From Actinomycetota bacterium (GTDB lineage Bacteria > Actinomycetota > UBA4738 > HRBIN12): a stretch of 60,074 nucleotides of DNA. The notes under the pieces are model-generated. The model was not told the DNA's origin and ran no database searches. It was given only the letters and a program-made list of their open reading frames with translations. The DNA is taken from positions 1-60,074 of the forward strand of contig JBJTIF010000006.1 of NCBI GenBank assembly GCA_046094825.1. Reading direction: 5' to 3'. The translations under genes and the position numbers were made by a program. This document shows, in pieces, positions 8,784-19,914 of this stretch (its first letter is position 1; each line of letters opens with the position of its first letter).

Positions 8784-9386
8784 ATGCCCGCACTCGCCAC
8801 CCTCGCCGCGCAGGCCTCGGTGACCCACGACCTGTTCCACCTCGAGACGCCGCTCGTCGAGAAGCTCGTGCGCACGGTGCTCGTCTACGCGGCCCTCATC
8901 CTCCTGCTGCGGTTCGTCGGCAAGCGGACGCTGGCCCAGCTCAACCCGTTCGACCTCATCGTGCTCCTGCTGCTCGCCAACGTGGTGCAGAACGCGGTCA
9001 TCGGCCCGGACGACTCGGTGACCGGAGGCGTCATCGGCGCACTCACGCTCGTCGCTGTGAACGAGGTCGTCGTGCGCTTGTCCAACCGCTCGCCCCGGTT
9101 CCGCGGCCTCCTCGCCGGCCGGCGGGCCCGGATCATCCGGGGCGGCCACCTCGACCGGGCCGAGTTGGCGCGGTCGGGCATCCGGGAGGAGGAACTCGAC
9201 CAGTTCGCGCACGTCGACGACCTCGGGAGCGTGCAGTCCCTCACCCTGCTGCCCGGCGGCAAGATCGAGGTCCACCTCGAGGACTTCGCCCGGCCCCCGA
9301 CCGAGGCCGACATCCGGGACATCGTCGAGCGCCTCTCGGGTCAGCTCACCCGGTTGCAGGCGAGCGTCGACGCGCTGGCCCGCTGA
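8784..9386 (+). CDS. DUF421 (YetF-like) membrane protein
   Basis: 200 aa with an SD (ggagg) 7 nt upstream. GKRTLAQLNPFDLIVLLLLANVVQNAVIG is the hallmark DUF421 N-terminal region. Confidence 0.75.
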   Translation: MPALATLAAQASVTHDLFHLETPLVEKLVRTVLVYAALILLLRFVGKRTLAQLNPFDLIVLLLLANVVQNAVIGPDDSVTGGVIGALTLVAVNEVVVRLSNRSPRFRGLLAGRRARIIRGGHLDRAELARSGIREEELDQFAHVDDLGSVQSLTLLPGGKIEVHLEDFARPPTEADIRDIVERLSGQLTRLQASVDALAR

Positions 9387-9431
9387 GCGTCGGCGGCATG
9401 ACCCGCCCGGGCGTGTCCTACGCTCCGCCGC

Positions 9432-10922
9432 ATGCGCACCATCACCCCCTGGGCCGACGGCGCTCCGTACGCGCCGGCCGGACCGACCGCCCCCGTCTTC
9501 GACCCGACCACCGGCACCGTCCAGGCCGAGGTCGCCCTCGCCGGACCGGCCGACGTCGACCACGTCGTCGCGTCGTCGGTCCGGGCGGCGGCCGAGTGGC
9601 GCGAGACCTCCCTCGCCCGGCGCTCCAAGCTGCTCTTCGAGTTCCGAGCCCTCGTCGAGGCCCGGACCGACGAACTCGCCCGCATCATCTCGACCGAGCA
9701 CGGCAAGGTCGTGAGCGACGCGGCGGGCGAGGTCGCCCGCGGGCTCGAGGTCATCGAGTTCGCGTGCGGCGTTCCCCACCTCCTCAAGGGCTCGCACTCC
9801 GAGAGCGTGTCGACCGAGACCGACGTCCACTCGATGCGCCAGCCCCTCGGTGTCGTCGCCGGCGTCACGCCGTTCAACTTCCCAGCGATGGTCCCGATGT
9901 GGATGTTCCCGATCGCCATCGCCTGCGGGAACGCGTTCATCCTCAAGCCCAGCGAACGCGACCCGTCGGCCGCGATCCGCATCGCCGAGCTGTGGGCCGA
10001 GGCCGGCCTCCCCGCCGGTGTGTTCAACGTGCTGCAGGGCGACAAGGGCGCGGTGGACGGTCTGCTCACCCACCCCGACGTGCGCGCCGTGTCGTTCGTG
10101 GGGTCCACCCCGATCGCCCGCTACGTCTACGAGCAGGGCACGGCGCACAGCAAGCGGGTGCAGGCCCTCGGCGGCGCCAAGAACCACATGGTCGTACTGC
10201 CCGACGCCGATCTCGAGGTCGCCGCGGACGCCGCAGTGAGCGCCGGGTACGGATCGGCGGGCGAGCGGTGCATGGCCATCTCGGTCGTCGTCGCGGTGGG
10301 CCGGACCGGGGACGCCCTGGTCGAGATGATCGCCGAGCGCACCCGACGTGTGCGGGTGGGACCGAGCCTCGACCCGGCCGCGGAGATGGGCCCGCTCGTC
10401 ACCGCCGCCCACCGTGACAAGGTCCGCGGGTACATCGACGCGGGCGCGGCCGAGGGTGCGACGGTCGTGATCGACGGCCGCGACCCCGTCGTGGACGGCG
10501 CACCGGACGGCTACTGGGTGGCGCCCACGCTCCTCGACCACGTGACCACCGACATGCGCGTGTACCAGGACGAGATCTTCGGGCCCGTCCTGTGCGTGGT
10601 GCGCGTCGACACGTACGAGGAGGCGGTCGACCTCGTCGCCCGCAACCCGTACGGCAACGGCGTGGCGGTGTTCACCCGCGACGGCGGGGCCGGACGCCGC
10701 TTCGCCCACGAGATCGACGCGGGCATGGTCGGCATCAACGTTCCGATCCCGGTGCCGATGGCGTACTACTCGTTCGGTGGGTGGGGGCAGTCCCTCTTCG
10801 GGGACACCCACGTGCACGGCACCGAGGGCGTGCACTTCTACACGCGCGGCAAGGTGGTCACGACCCGCTGGGCCGACCCCGCCACCCGCGGACCCGACCT
10901 CGGGTTCCCGACGAACCGGTAG
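9432..10922 (+). CDS. mmsA: CoA-acylating methylmalonate/malonate-semialdehyde dehydrogenase
   Basis: 496 aa in the ALDH superfamily. MmsA-type motifs include FNFPAMVPMWMFPIAIACGNAFILKPSERDP and the catalytic Cys in GERCMAIS, and the conserved Glu-Leu-Gly-Gly is replaced by ALGGAKNH. Confidence 0.85.
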   Translation: MRTITPWADGAPYAPAGPTAPVFDPTTGTVQAEVALAGPADVDHVVASSVRAAAEWRETSLARRSKLLFEFRALVEARTDELARIISTEHGKVVSDAAGEVARGLEVIEFACGVPHLLKGSHSESVSTETDVHSMRQPLGVVAGVTPFNFPAMVPMWMFPIAIACGNAFILKPSERDPSAAIRIAELWAEAGLPAGVFNVLQGDKGAVDGLLTHPDVRAVSFVGSTPIARYVYEQGTAHSKRVQALGGAKNHMVVLPDADLEVAADAAVSAGYGSAGERCMAISVVVAVGRTGDALVEMIAERTRRVRVGPSLDPAAEMGPLVTAAHRDKVRGYIDAGAAEGATVVIDGRDPVVDGAPDGYWVAPTLLDHVTTDMRVYQDEIFGPVLCVVRVDTYEEAVDLVARNPYGNGVAVFTRDGGAGRRFAHEIDAGMVGINVPIPVPMAYYSFGGWGQSLFGDTHVHGTEGVHFYTRGKVVTTRWADPATRGPDLGFPTNR

Positions 10923-10928
10923 CGGGGC

Positions 10929-11816
10929 TCAGGCGCCGGTGCGCCGACGTCGGCGCTCGCCGGCGAACGTGCTCACGGCGAGGATCGACACGCTGACGAT
11001 GAGGATCATCGTCGACAGCACGTTGATCTGCGGCGGGGTCGCGGTCCGCGACTGCCCGAAGATCCGCACGGGGAAGGTCGTCGTGCTCGGACCCGACACG
11101 AAGTACGTGATGATGAAGTCGTCGATCGACAGCGCGAACGACAGCAGGGCCGCCGCGAGGATCCCGGGCGTGATGAGCGGGAGCGTCACCTTCCAGAACG
11201 TTCGCGTCGGCGTGGCCCCGAGGTCCATCGCCGCGTCCTCGAGCGTCCAGTCGAAGCCGCGCAGGCGCGCCCGCACCGTCAGGGCCACGTACGACACGAG
11301 GAACATGATGTGTGCGATCACGATCGTGGCGAAGCCGAGCGCGAACGAGATGTTGAACAACCACAGGGTCGGCGAGAGGAAGAGCGTCAGCAACGACGCA
11401 CCCAGGACGATCTCAGGCGCCGTCAGCGGGAGCACGAGCAGGAAGTTGATCGGCTCGCCACCTCGGAACCGGTAGCGCACGAGGGCGATCGCGAGCAGCG
11501 TGCCGAGGATGGTCGCGACGACCGTGGAGATCGCGGCGACCCGGAGGCTCAGGAGCAGCGCGTCGACGAGCGCCTCGTCGGCGAACGGGTGGAGCCAGTT
11601 ATCGAGCGTGAACCGGTTCCACACCGCGTTGAACCGCCCCACCGGGGCGTTGAACGAGAACGCCACGATGACGAAGATCGGCAGGAAGAGGTAGAGCAGA
11701 CCCGCAGCCGCAGCGACGTTGACCGCGGTCCTGCCGGCCCGACCGCCCGGCGACATCACCGTGCCGTCGTGGGACCGCTTCGTCCGCCGGCGCCGGGTCG
11801 ACACCTGGGCGGTCAC
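10929..11816 (-). CDS. potC: Polyamine ABC transporter permease (PotC-like)
   Basis: 295 aa with 6 TM and the EAA-type loop LEDAAMDLGATPTRTFWKVTLP. It overlaps potB by 4 nt. Confidence 0.8.
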   Translation of the reverse strand: MTAQVSTRRRRTKRSHDGTVMSPGGRAGRTAVNVAAAAGLLYLFLPIFVIVAFSFNAPVGRFNAVWNRFTLDNWLHPFADEALVDALLLSLRVAAISTVVATILGTLLAIALVRYRFRGGEPINFLLVLPLTAPEIVLGASLLTLFLSPTLWLFNISFALGFATIVIAHIMFLVSYVALTVRARLRGFDWTLEDAAMDLGATPTRTFWKVTLPLITPGILAAALLSFALSIDDFIITYFVSGPSTTTFPVRIFGQSRTATPPQINVLSTMILIVSVSILAVSTFAGERRRRRTGA

Positions 11817-12691
11817 GTCAGGTCCTCCGTGCCGAGGAGCCGCGAGTACACCGCGACGATGACCATCACGATCGCGATGAAGACGAACGACAGCGCGGCC
11901 GCGACCGGGTAGTTGTTCTGGACCAGGAACTGGTCCTGCACGACGTTGCCGATCATCGTGGTCTTCGCGCTCCCGAGGTAGTAGGCGTTCACGAAGTCAC
12001 CGGCCGCCGGGATGAAGACGAGGAGGCTGCCCGCGAACACGCCGGGCAGCGAGAGCGGCAGGACGACCTTGCGGAAGGCGCGCCAGGTGTTCGAGTAGAG
12101 GTCACGCGCCGCGTCGAGCAGACGGGGATCGATCTTCTCGAGCGACACGTAGATCGGCAGCACCATGAACGGCAGGAAGTTGTAGGTGAGGCCGCCGATC
12201 ACGGCGATCGGCGTGCGGAGCAGGGCCTCGTTCGCGTCGAGCAGCCCGATGGACCGCAGCACGCTCACGACCGTCCCCTGATCGCCGAGGATCGTCTTCC
12301 AGGCGAGCGTACGGATGAGGAAGTTCGTGAAGAACGGCACCACGACGAGCCCGAGGAGGATGTTCCGGTATCGACCGCCCCGGAACGCGATCACGTAGGC
12401 GACCGGGTACGCGATGAAAAGGGCGAGGACGGTCGCCGCGAGCGCGTAGGTGAAGGAACGGGTGAACTGGGAGCCGTAGTCGGAGAACGCCTGCTCGTAG
12501 TTCGACCAGGCCCAGGAGAACTCGGGGATCGCGAACCGGCTCGGCTTGGTGCTCAACGACATGCGGAACAACGAGTAGAGCGGCAGGTAGAAGAACCAGA
12601 AGAGCCACAGGAACCCGGGCGCCAGCAGCAGCCACGGCGTCCAGCGCGCCCGCCGCCGGCCCTGCGCGTCGCGCTCGGTGGTCCCGCTCAC
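11813..12691 (-). CDS. potB: Polyamine ABC transporter permease (PotB-like)
   Basis: 292 aa from a GTG start, with the loop LLDAARDLYSNTWRAFRKVVLPLSLPG typical of PotB/PotH. Confidence 0.8.
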   Translation of the reverse strand: MSGTTERDAQGRRRARWTPWLLLAPGFLWLFWFFYLPLYSLFRMSLSTKPSRFAIPEFSWAWSNYEQAFSDYGSQFTRSFTYALAATVLALFIAYPVAYVIAFRGGRYRNILLGLVVVPFFTNFLIRTLAWKTILGDQGTVVSVLRSIGLLDANEALLRTPIAVIGGLTYNFLPFMVLPIYVSLEKIDPRLLDAARDLYSNTWRAFRKVVLPLSLPGVFAGSLLVFIPAAGDFVNAYYLGSAKTTMIGNVVQDQFLVQNNYPVAAALSFVFIAIVMVIVAVYSRLLGTEDLT

Positions 12692-13804
12692 CTAGGCCCC
12701 CGCCAGCGCGGCGAAGCGCGCGTCCATCGAGTCGGCGTCGGCGTCCGTGAGGATGCCGAACTCTGCGACCTCGGCGAGGAGGTCGGGGGTCGGGACCACG
12801 AGCGGGTCGTCGACCAGTCGGGCCGCCGCACCACCGAGCTTCGCGAGTTCCTCGGCCACCCCCTGCACCGGCGAGATGTACTGCACGTGGGCGGTCAGTC
12901 GGGCGGCGTTCGTCGGGTCGTAGAACCAGTCGATCCACTCCGTCGCCGCTGCGGGTCGCCGAGCTCCCCGGGGGATGATGTGGTTGTCCGCCCAGATGAG
13001 CCCACCGCTCTCCGGGAGCACGAAACGGACGTCCGGGTTGTCGCGCGTGATCTGGGCCACATCACCCGACCATGCGAACGCGGCCGCCAGGTTGCCGGTC
13101 GCCAGGTCGTTGACGTAGTCGTTCCCGGTGAACGCATCGATGCGACCGTCCTGCACCGCCTGCTCGAGCGTCTCGAACGCGGGCTCCGCGGCCGCAGCGG
13201 ACGGCCGGGTCACATCGGCTCCCGTGGCTCGCATCACGAGACCCACGGTGTCGCGCATCTCGGTGAGCACCGCCGTGGTTCCGTCGATGGCGAGGAACTC
13301 GTCGAACGTGCGGATCTCCCGACCCGTGATCGAGCGGTTGTAGGCGATGCCGGTGAGCCCCACCTGCCACGGGAGGCTGAAGCGCCGCTGCGGATCGTGC
13401 GGCGGGTTCGCGAGCTCGGGGAGCAGGTTCCCCCGGTTGGTGAGGCGGTCGGCTCGCATCGGCTCCGCCCAGCCGAGGCGATTGATGAGGCGGTTCGCGA
13501 TCCAGTCGTCGAGGACCACCGAGTCCCGACCGATCCAGCCCCGCTTCGCGAGCACCGCCCGGTTCTTGGCGAACCACTCGTTGTTGTCGTTGATGTCCTC
13601 GGTGTAGGTGACCCTGATCCCGGTGTCGCGCTCGAAGCGTCGGACCGCGCCCGGGTCGATGTAGGAGGTCCAGTTCGAGACCTGGAGCGATCCGTCGGAC
13701 CCGTCCCCTCCGCCGCACCCGGCGAGGAGCACCGCGCCGCCGACGCCCGCGCCGAGTGCAGCAGCACCCGCGAGGAACCGCCGGCGCGAGATGCCATCGG
13801 TCAC
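12692..13804 (-). CDS. potD: Polyamine (spermidine/putrescine-type) ABC substrate-binding protein, Tat-signal lipoprotein, copy 2
   Basis: GTG at 13804 overlaps the stop of the upstream paralog (GTGA). It has the Tat motif SRRRFLAG plus the lipobox LAGC, then VSNWTSYID...[14 protein letters not shown] as in PotD/PotF-like SBPs. Confidence 0.8.
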   Translation of the reverse strand: MTDGISRRRFLAGAAALGAGVGGAVLLAGCGGGDGSDGSLQVSNWTSYIDPGAVRRFERDTGIRVTYTEDINDNNEWFAKNRAVLAKRGWIGRDSVVLDDWIANRLINRLGWAEPMRADRLTNRGNLLPELANPPHDPQRRFSLPWQVGLTGIAYNRSITGREIRTFDEFLAIDGTTAVLTEMRDTVGLVMRATGADVTRPSAAAAEPAFETLEQAVQDGRIDAFTGNDYVNDLATGNLAAAFAWSGDVAQITRDNPDVRFVLPESGGLIWADNHIIPRGARRPAAATEWIDWFYDPTNAARLTAHVQYISPVQGVAEELAKLGGAAARLVDDPLVVPTPDLLAEVAEFGILTDADADSMDARFAALAGA

Positions 13805-14928
13805 CCGGCGCCCTGGATCTCGTCGAAGCGCTCGTCGAACCGCTGCTCCTCGACGGCCGACAGCGGCCCGAAGATGGACACCTGCGCGAGGGCCGCCGCG
13901 TCCGGGTTCACGAGGGGGTCGTCGACGAGCTTGGCCGCATCGCCGCCGAGCTTCGTCAACTCGTCCGCGGTCCCCTCGACCGGGGAGATGTACTGGATGA
14001 AGGCGGTGAGACGGGCCGCGTTCACCGGGTCGTACCAGTAGTTGATCCACTCCGTGGCCAACGCGGGCTTCTCGCTCGACACCGGGATCATGAAGTTGTC
14101 CGACCACAGCGTGCCGCCGCTCTCGGGGATCACGAACCTGATCTTCGGGTTGTCGCGCGCGATCTGGGCCACGTCGCCCGACCAGGCGATCGCCGCGGCG
14201 AGGTTGCCGGTCGCGAGATCGTTCACGTACTCGTTCCCGTTGAAGCCGGCGATCTCGCCGTCCTCCACCGCGCGCTGCAGCCGGTCGAACGACGGCTCTG
14301 CGTCCGCGTAGCTCGGCTTCGTGATGTCCTTGCCGTCGGCGCGCATGAGCAGGCCGATGGTGTCGCGCATCTCGCTGAGCACGGTCTTCGTGCCATCGGC
14401 GCGGAAGAAGTCCGCCATGGTCCGGATCTCGCCGGTCTGCTCCGAGTTGTACGCGATGCCCGCGGTCCCACTGGCCCACGGGAGGCTGAATCTGCGGGTC
14501 GGGTCGAAGCCGGGCGCCGCGAGCGCCGCCCGGATGTTGCCCTTGTTCGTGGCCTTGGCCGCGTCCAGGGGCTGGGCCCACTCGACCTGGTTGATGATGC
14601 GGTTCGCCATCCAGTCGGTGAGCACGAACCCGTCCCGGCCAATGCTCTTGCCCTTCTGCAGGTTGGGCTGGATCTTGGCGAAGTACTCGTTGTTGTCGTT
14701 GATGTCCTCCGTGTAGGTGACCTTGATGCCGGTCGCCCGCTCGAAGTCCTTGATGCTCGCCTTCCCGATGTAGGAGGTCCAGTTCGAGAGCGAGATGGCG
14801 TTCGCGTCACCGCCACCCCCGCCCGAGTCCCCGCACGCCGCGAGCACCGAGGGCGCGAGGGCCACGCCGCCCACGACCAACCCGGTGCGGGTGATGAACT
14901 GACGACGGCTGAGGTTGGGACGGGCCAT
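13801..14928 (-). CDS. potD: Polyamine ABC substrate-binding protein, Tat-signal lipoprotein, copy 1
   Basis: 375 aa with [10 protein letters not shown] and the lipobox [13 protein letters not shown]...[14 protein letters not shown] is clearly paralogous to the next gene. Confidence 0.85.
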   Translation of the reverse strand: MARPNLSRRQFITRTGLVVGGVALAPSVLAACGDSGGGGGDANAISLSNWTSYIGKASIKDFERATGIKVTYTEDINDNNEYFAKIQPNLQKGKSIGRDGFVLTDWMANRIINQVEWAQPLDAAKATNKGNIRAALAAPGFDPTRRFSLPWASGTAGIAYNSEQTGEIRTMADFFRADGTKTVLSEMRDTIGLLMRADGKDITKPSYADAEPSFDRLQRAVEDGEIAGFNGNEYVNDLATGNLAAAIAWSGDVAQIARDNPKIRFVIPESGGTLWSDNFMIPVSSEKPALATEWINYWYDPVNAARLTAFIQYISPVEGTADELTKLGGDAAKLVDDPLVNPDAAALAQVSIFGPLSAVEEQRFDERFDEIQGAG

Positions 14929-14937
14929 GGCGTTCTC

Positions 14938-16083
14938 CTACTCCTCGGGGTAGTTGCGGGGCGCGGCGCGCAGGAGGCAGGCCGCATCGGGTTCCCACGA
15001 CGCCCAGAGCCGGTCACCCGGGCGGAGCATCGGGAGGTCCTGCTCGGGCCCGACGTGGGCCACGAGTTCGGTGCCGGCGTCGGTGCGCAGCGTAGTGCGC
15101 ACGACCGGCCCCTGGAAGGTGAGGTCGGCGACGGCGACCTCGATCGCCGGGCCGTCGGACGTGGGGGCCGACGGCGTGAGGTGCAGTCGCTCCGGCCGGA
15201 CCATCACGACCGCGACGTCGCCGGCGCGCAGGTCGGCGTCGGTGCGCGGGACCGTGAGCCGCCGGCCCGCGGCGTCGACCTCCGCCGTGGCACCGCTCGC
15301 CGCAACGACGACCGCCGGGAGGAGGTTCGCGACCCCGATGAATCCGGCCACGAACACGCTGGCGGGCCGGTGGTAGATCTCCTCGGGCGTGCCGATCTGC
15401 TCGACCCGGCCCTCGTTCATCACTGCGATCCGGTCGCTCATCGTGAGCGCCTCCTCCTGATCGTGGGTGACGAACACGAAGGTGATCCCGACCTCGCGCT
15501 GGATGCGCTTCAGCTCGATCTGCATCGTCTGGCGGAGCTTGAGGTCGAGTGCGCCGAGGGGCTCATCGAGCAGCAACGCGCTCGGGTAGTTGACGAGGGC
15601 CCGGGCGAGCGCCACCCGCTGCTGCTGTCCGCCGGAGAGCTGGGCGGGCTTGCGGTGCGCGAAATCCGCGAGCCGGACGACCTCGAGCATCGTGCCGACC
15701 CGCTCGGCGATCTCGGCCTTCGGCACCTTCGTGCTGCGGGGACCGAACGCCACGTTGTCGAACACGCTCATGTGCGGGAACAGTTCGTACCGCTGGAACA
15801 CCGTGTTGACGTTGCGCTTGTACGGGGGGACCCGCGAGACGTCCCGACCGTCGAGGCGGACCTCGCCCTCGGTCGGCTGCTCGAACCCGGCGATCATCCG
15901 GAGGGTGGTCGTCTTGCCGCAGCCCGACGGCCCCAGCATCGAGAAGAACTCACCGCGGACGATCCCGAAGTCCGCGTCGTCGACCGCGACGAAGTCGTCG
16001 AAGCGCTTCGAGACGTGACTGATCTCGATGACGACGTCGTCGGCCCCTCGTGCGGACCCACCCTGCGTCCCGGGCTCGTTCAG
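14938..16083 (-). CDS. potA: Polyamine ABC transporter ATP-binding protein (PotA-like); start codon non-canonical or unresolved
   Basis: Walker [18 protein letters not shown] and LLLDEP are present. The first canonical start (ATG 15939) lies only 3 codons before Walker A. The frame stays open upstream to a TGA at 16131-16129 and encodes [35 protein letters not shown] at 16083 follows GGGGGAGG by 7 nt. Confidence 0.7.
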   Translation of the reverse strand: MNEPGTQGGSARGADDVVIEISHVSKRFDDFVAVDDADFGIVRGEFFSMLGPSGCGKTTTLRMIAGFEQPTEGEVRLDGRDVSRVPPYKRNVNTVFQRYELFPHMSVFDNVAFGPRSTKVPKAEIAERVGTMLEVVRLADFAHRKPAQLSGGQQQRVALARALVNYPSALLLDEPLGALDLKLRQTMQIELKRIQREVGITFVFVTHDQEEALTMSDRIAVMNEGRVEQIGTPEEIYHRPASVFVAGFIGVANLLPAVVVAASGATAEVDAAGRRLTVPRTDADLRAGDVAVVMVRPERLHLTPSAPTSDGPAIEVAVADLTFQGPVVRTTLRTDAGTELVAHVGPEQDLPMLRPGDRLWASWEPDAACLLRAAPRNYPEE

Positions 16084-16224
16084 CCGATCGCCTCCCCCAT
16101 CAACCGGGTCGACCCGGCCCCACCTCGATCATCCCGGCCCCGCACCGTGACGGCGGGCCCGCGCCCGAGTCTGGCACCTGCGGCCACTTCGTCCCACTCG
16201 CCGAGGGGACACGGGACCGCCCGG

Positions 16225-16252
16225 GAGATCCTGCGAGATCCTGCGAGATCGA
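16225..16252. repeat. Tandem direct repeat (GAGATCCTGC x2 plus a partial third unit) in the potA / aldehyde-dehydrogenase divergent intergenic region
   Basis: The sequence reads gagatcctgc gagatcctgc gagatcga at 16225-16252, inside the 312-nt non-coding gap 16084-16395. Confidence 0.8.
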
Positions 16253-16395
16253 CCGGACCGAGCGAACGATACCGCCGTGCGAGGCGTGCCGCACGACGGA
16301 ATCCCTTGCGCCGTAGCCTGCACGCAACGCAACATTGCCGACATCGCCGCCGCGCCGGCCGGTCCGGAACCCACGCCACCGATCGAGGAGTCCCG

Positions 16396-17817
<1,422 letters not shown>

Positions 17818-17848
17818 CACCCGGCGCCGCCGGAGGGAGTTGATACCC

Positions 17849-19204
17849 GTGAGCAACGTCACGAGCACACACGCGGCCGACCTCGCCGCGGCCGAGACCG
17901 CCCGCATGGTCGCGGCGACCCCGCACTCCAAGGCGCTGTACGACCGCGCGACCCGGGTCCTGCCCGAGGGCGTCGGGTCATCGTTCCAGGCCGGCGACCC
18001 GTACCCGCTCTACCTCGAGCGCGGGCAGGGCAGCCACGTGTGGGACGTCGACGGGCACGAGTACCTCGACTTCCACAACGGCTTCGGCTGCATGATCGTC
18101 GGCCACGCGCACCCGAAGGTCGCCGAGGCCATCGAACGGGCCGCCCGCACCGGCACCCACTTCGCGGCGCCGACCGCGGCCACGGTCGAGTTCGCCGAGG
18201 TGCTCTGCGAGCGGTTCGCGTGCGACTCCGTCCGCTTCGCGAACTCCGGCACCGAGGCGACGATGGGGGCGATCCGGATCGCGCGTGCGGCCACCGGACG
18301 CGACGACATCGTGAAGATCGAGGGCTCGTACCACGGCCACCACGACCCGGTGATGTTCAGCGTCGTCCCGAACGCCGACATGATGGGCGGGCGCGACGCA
18401 CCGCACTCGACGCCGATGTCACTCGGGATCCCGCAGTCGACCTCGGCGCACACCCACGTCGTGCCCTTCAACGACCTCACGGTGCTGCGCCGTCTGCTCG
18501 AGGAGCGCGGCGACTCGATCGCGTGCCTGATCCTCGAGCCGGTGATGATGAACATCGGCATCTGCCAGCCCCAGCCCGGGTACCTCCAGGGTCTCAAGGA
18601 CCTGCTGCACGAGTTCGGCGCCCTCCTCATCTTCGACGAGGTCAAGAGCGGCGCAACGGTCGCGTACGGCGGGGCGGTCGAGCGCTACGGGGTCGTGCCC
18701 GACCTCGCCTGCTGGGCGAAGGCGATCTGCGGCGGCACCCCGGGGGCGGCCTTCGGTGGTCGGGCCGACGTCATGGACACCATCGGCCGCGGCGCGGCGC
18801 AGCAGGGCACGTTCAACGGCAACCCCCTCGTGGCGGCGGCCGGCCTCGCGACCCTCACCGAGGTCCTCACCCACGACGCCTACGCGTACCTCGCCGACCT
18901 CGGCACACGGCTCGCCACCGGGTGCGCCGACGCCCTCGCGGCGAACGGCATCCCCGGACACGCGGTCGACCTCGGCGCCAAGGGTTGCGTGTCCTACCGG
19001 CCCGAGCCCCTCACGAACTACCGGGACTTCCTCGAGACCGACACCGACCTCTACGCCGCCTCGTACCCGTGGGCGATCAACCGGGGCATCTTCATGACCC
19101 CCGGCGACGAGGAGCAGTGGACGATCTCGGTGCAGCACACCGAGGAGGACGTCCTCCGCTACGTCGACGCGTTCGCGGAGTACTGCGCGGCGCTCGTCGC
19201 GTAG
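17849..19204 (+). CDS. Class-III (GSA-aminomutase-like) PLP-dependent aminotransferase
   Basis: ORF 17840..19204. GTG at 17849 is better spaced from the GGAGGGAG at 17832-17839. Motifs are ANSGTEATMGAIRIARA and the PLP-Lys region LIFDEVKSG. Confidence 0.8.
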   Translation: MSNVTSTHAADLAAAETARMVAATPHSKALYDRATRVLPEGVGSSFQAGDPYPLYLERGQGSHVWDVDGHEYLDFHNGFGCMIVGHAHPKVAEAIERAARTGTHFAAPTAATVEFAEVLCERFACDSVRFANSGTEATMGAIRIARAATGRDDIVKIEGSYHGHHDPVMFSVVPNADMMGGRDAPHSTPMSLGIPQSTSAHTHVVPFNDLTVLRRLLEERGDSIACLILEPVMMNIGICQPQPGYLQGLKDLLHEFGALLIFDEVKSGATVAYGGAVERYGVVPDLACWAKAICGGTPGAAFGGRADVMDTIGRGAAQQGTFNGNPLVAAAGLATLTEVLTHDAYAYLADLGTRLATGCADALAANGIPGHAVDLGAKGCVSYRPEPLTNYRDFLETDTDLYAASYPWAINRGIFMTPGDEEQWTISVQHTEEDVLRYVDAFAEYCAALVA

Positions 19205-19214
19205 GTCGCTCCGG

Positions 19215-19868
19215 GTGCCACCCGCGGTCGCGCTGCTCGACCTGTACGACACGCTCGTCTGGAGCGAGTGGTCGAGCCTGCGCCTGCGGATGGAGGAACG
19301 GCTCGGGCTCCCGACGCACCGGCTCATGGACGCGTTCGCGGCGACGATCCGAGAACGCGGCACCGGGGCGTACGGGAGCCCCGAGGGCGACCTGCGGGCC
19401 GTCCTCGAGGCGGCCGAGGTCGAGCCCGACGCCGACCTCCTCGTCGAGCTCCTCGCGATGGAACGTGACCACCTCGAGACCGGCATCCACTTCCACGAAG
19501 ATGCCCTTCCCGTCCTGCGCGCCCTGCGCGAACGGGGCGTCCCGACGGCGCTCGTGAGCAACTGCTCGCACGGGACGCGGACGGTCGTCGACCGTCTCGG
19601 GCTGGAGGACGAGATGGACGTCGTCGTCCTGTCGTTCGAGGCGCGGACGATGAAGCCCGACCCCGAGATCTACCTCGAGGCGCTCCGGCGACTCGGCGCG
19701 GCACCGGAGGACGCCGTCTTCGTCGACGATCAGGTGGCCTTCATCGATGGAGCGGAGGCGCTCGGGATCCCGTCGCTCCGCATCGACCGCGACCTCGCCG
19801 AGCCGCCGACGGGCGTCGTGACGAGCCTCTACGCGCTCCTCGAGCCCGGAGGCCCCGTTCCGCGGTAG
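19215..19868 (+). CDS. HAD-superfamily hydrolase
   Basis: 217 aa with motif I LLDLYDTLV (DxD), motif II VSNCS and a motif III/IV region FVDD. Confidence 0.75.
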   Translation: MPPAVALLDLYDTLVWSEWSSLRLRMEERLGLPTHRLMDAFAATIRERGTGAYGSPEGDLRAVLEAAEVEPDADLLVELLAMERDHLETGIHFHEDALPVLRALRERGVPTALVSNCSHGTRTVVDRLGLEDEMDVVVLSFEARTMKPDPEIYLEALRRLGAAPEDAVFVDDQVAFIDGAEALGIPSLRIDRDLAEPPTGVVTSLYALLEPGGPVPR

Positions 19869-19914
19869 GCCCGCTTCCCGGGAGGCGAGGCCTCGGGCGC
19901 GCCGGCGGGGAGGA

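Noticed and set aside
7811-10417. 868-aa plus-strand ORF spanning znuB, DUF421 and mmsA
   Set aside because: It is out of frame with three genes that have clear family motifs. The product is extremely Arg/Pro/Gly-rich with no recognisable domain.
8748-10835. 695-aa minus-strand ORF antisense to DUF421/mmsA
   Set aside because: This is a shadow ORF opposite a strongly supported ALDH gene. Its Asp/Glu/Arg/Gly-rich composition has no motifs.
13756-16395. Upstream 880 codons of the 1353-aa ORF 13756..17817
   Set aside because: It is antisense to the potD and potA genes. Only the segment from ATG 16396 (the aldehyde dehydrogenase) has protein-like sequence.
19869-19914. Possible bidirectional terminator between the convergent HAD gene and nuoN2
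   Set aside because: Only short palindromes are present (cgaggcctcg, cccggg), with no loop and no T-tract. That is not enough to call a terminator.
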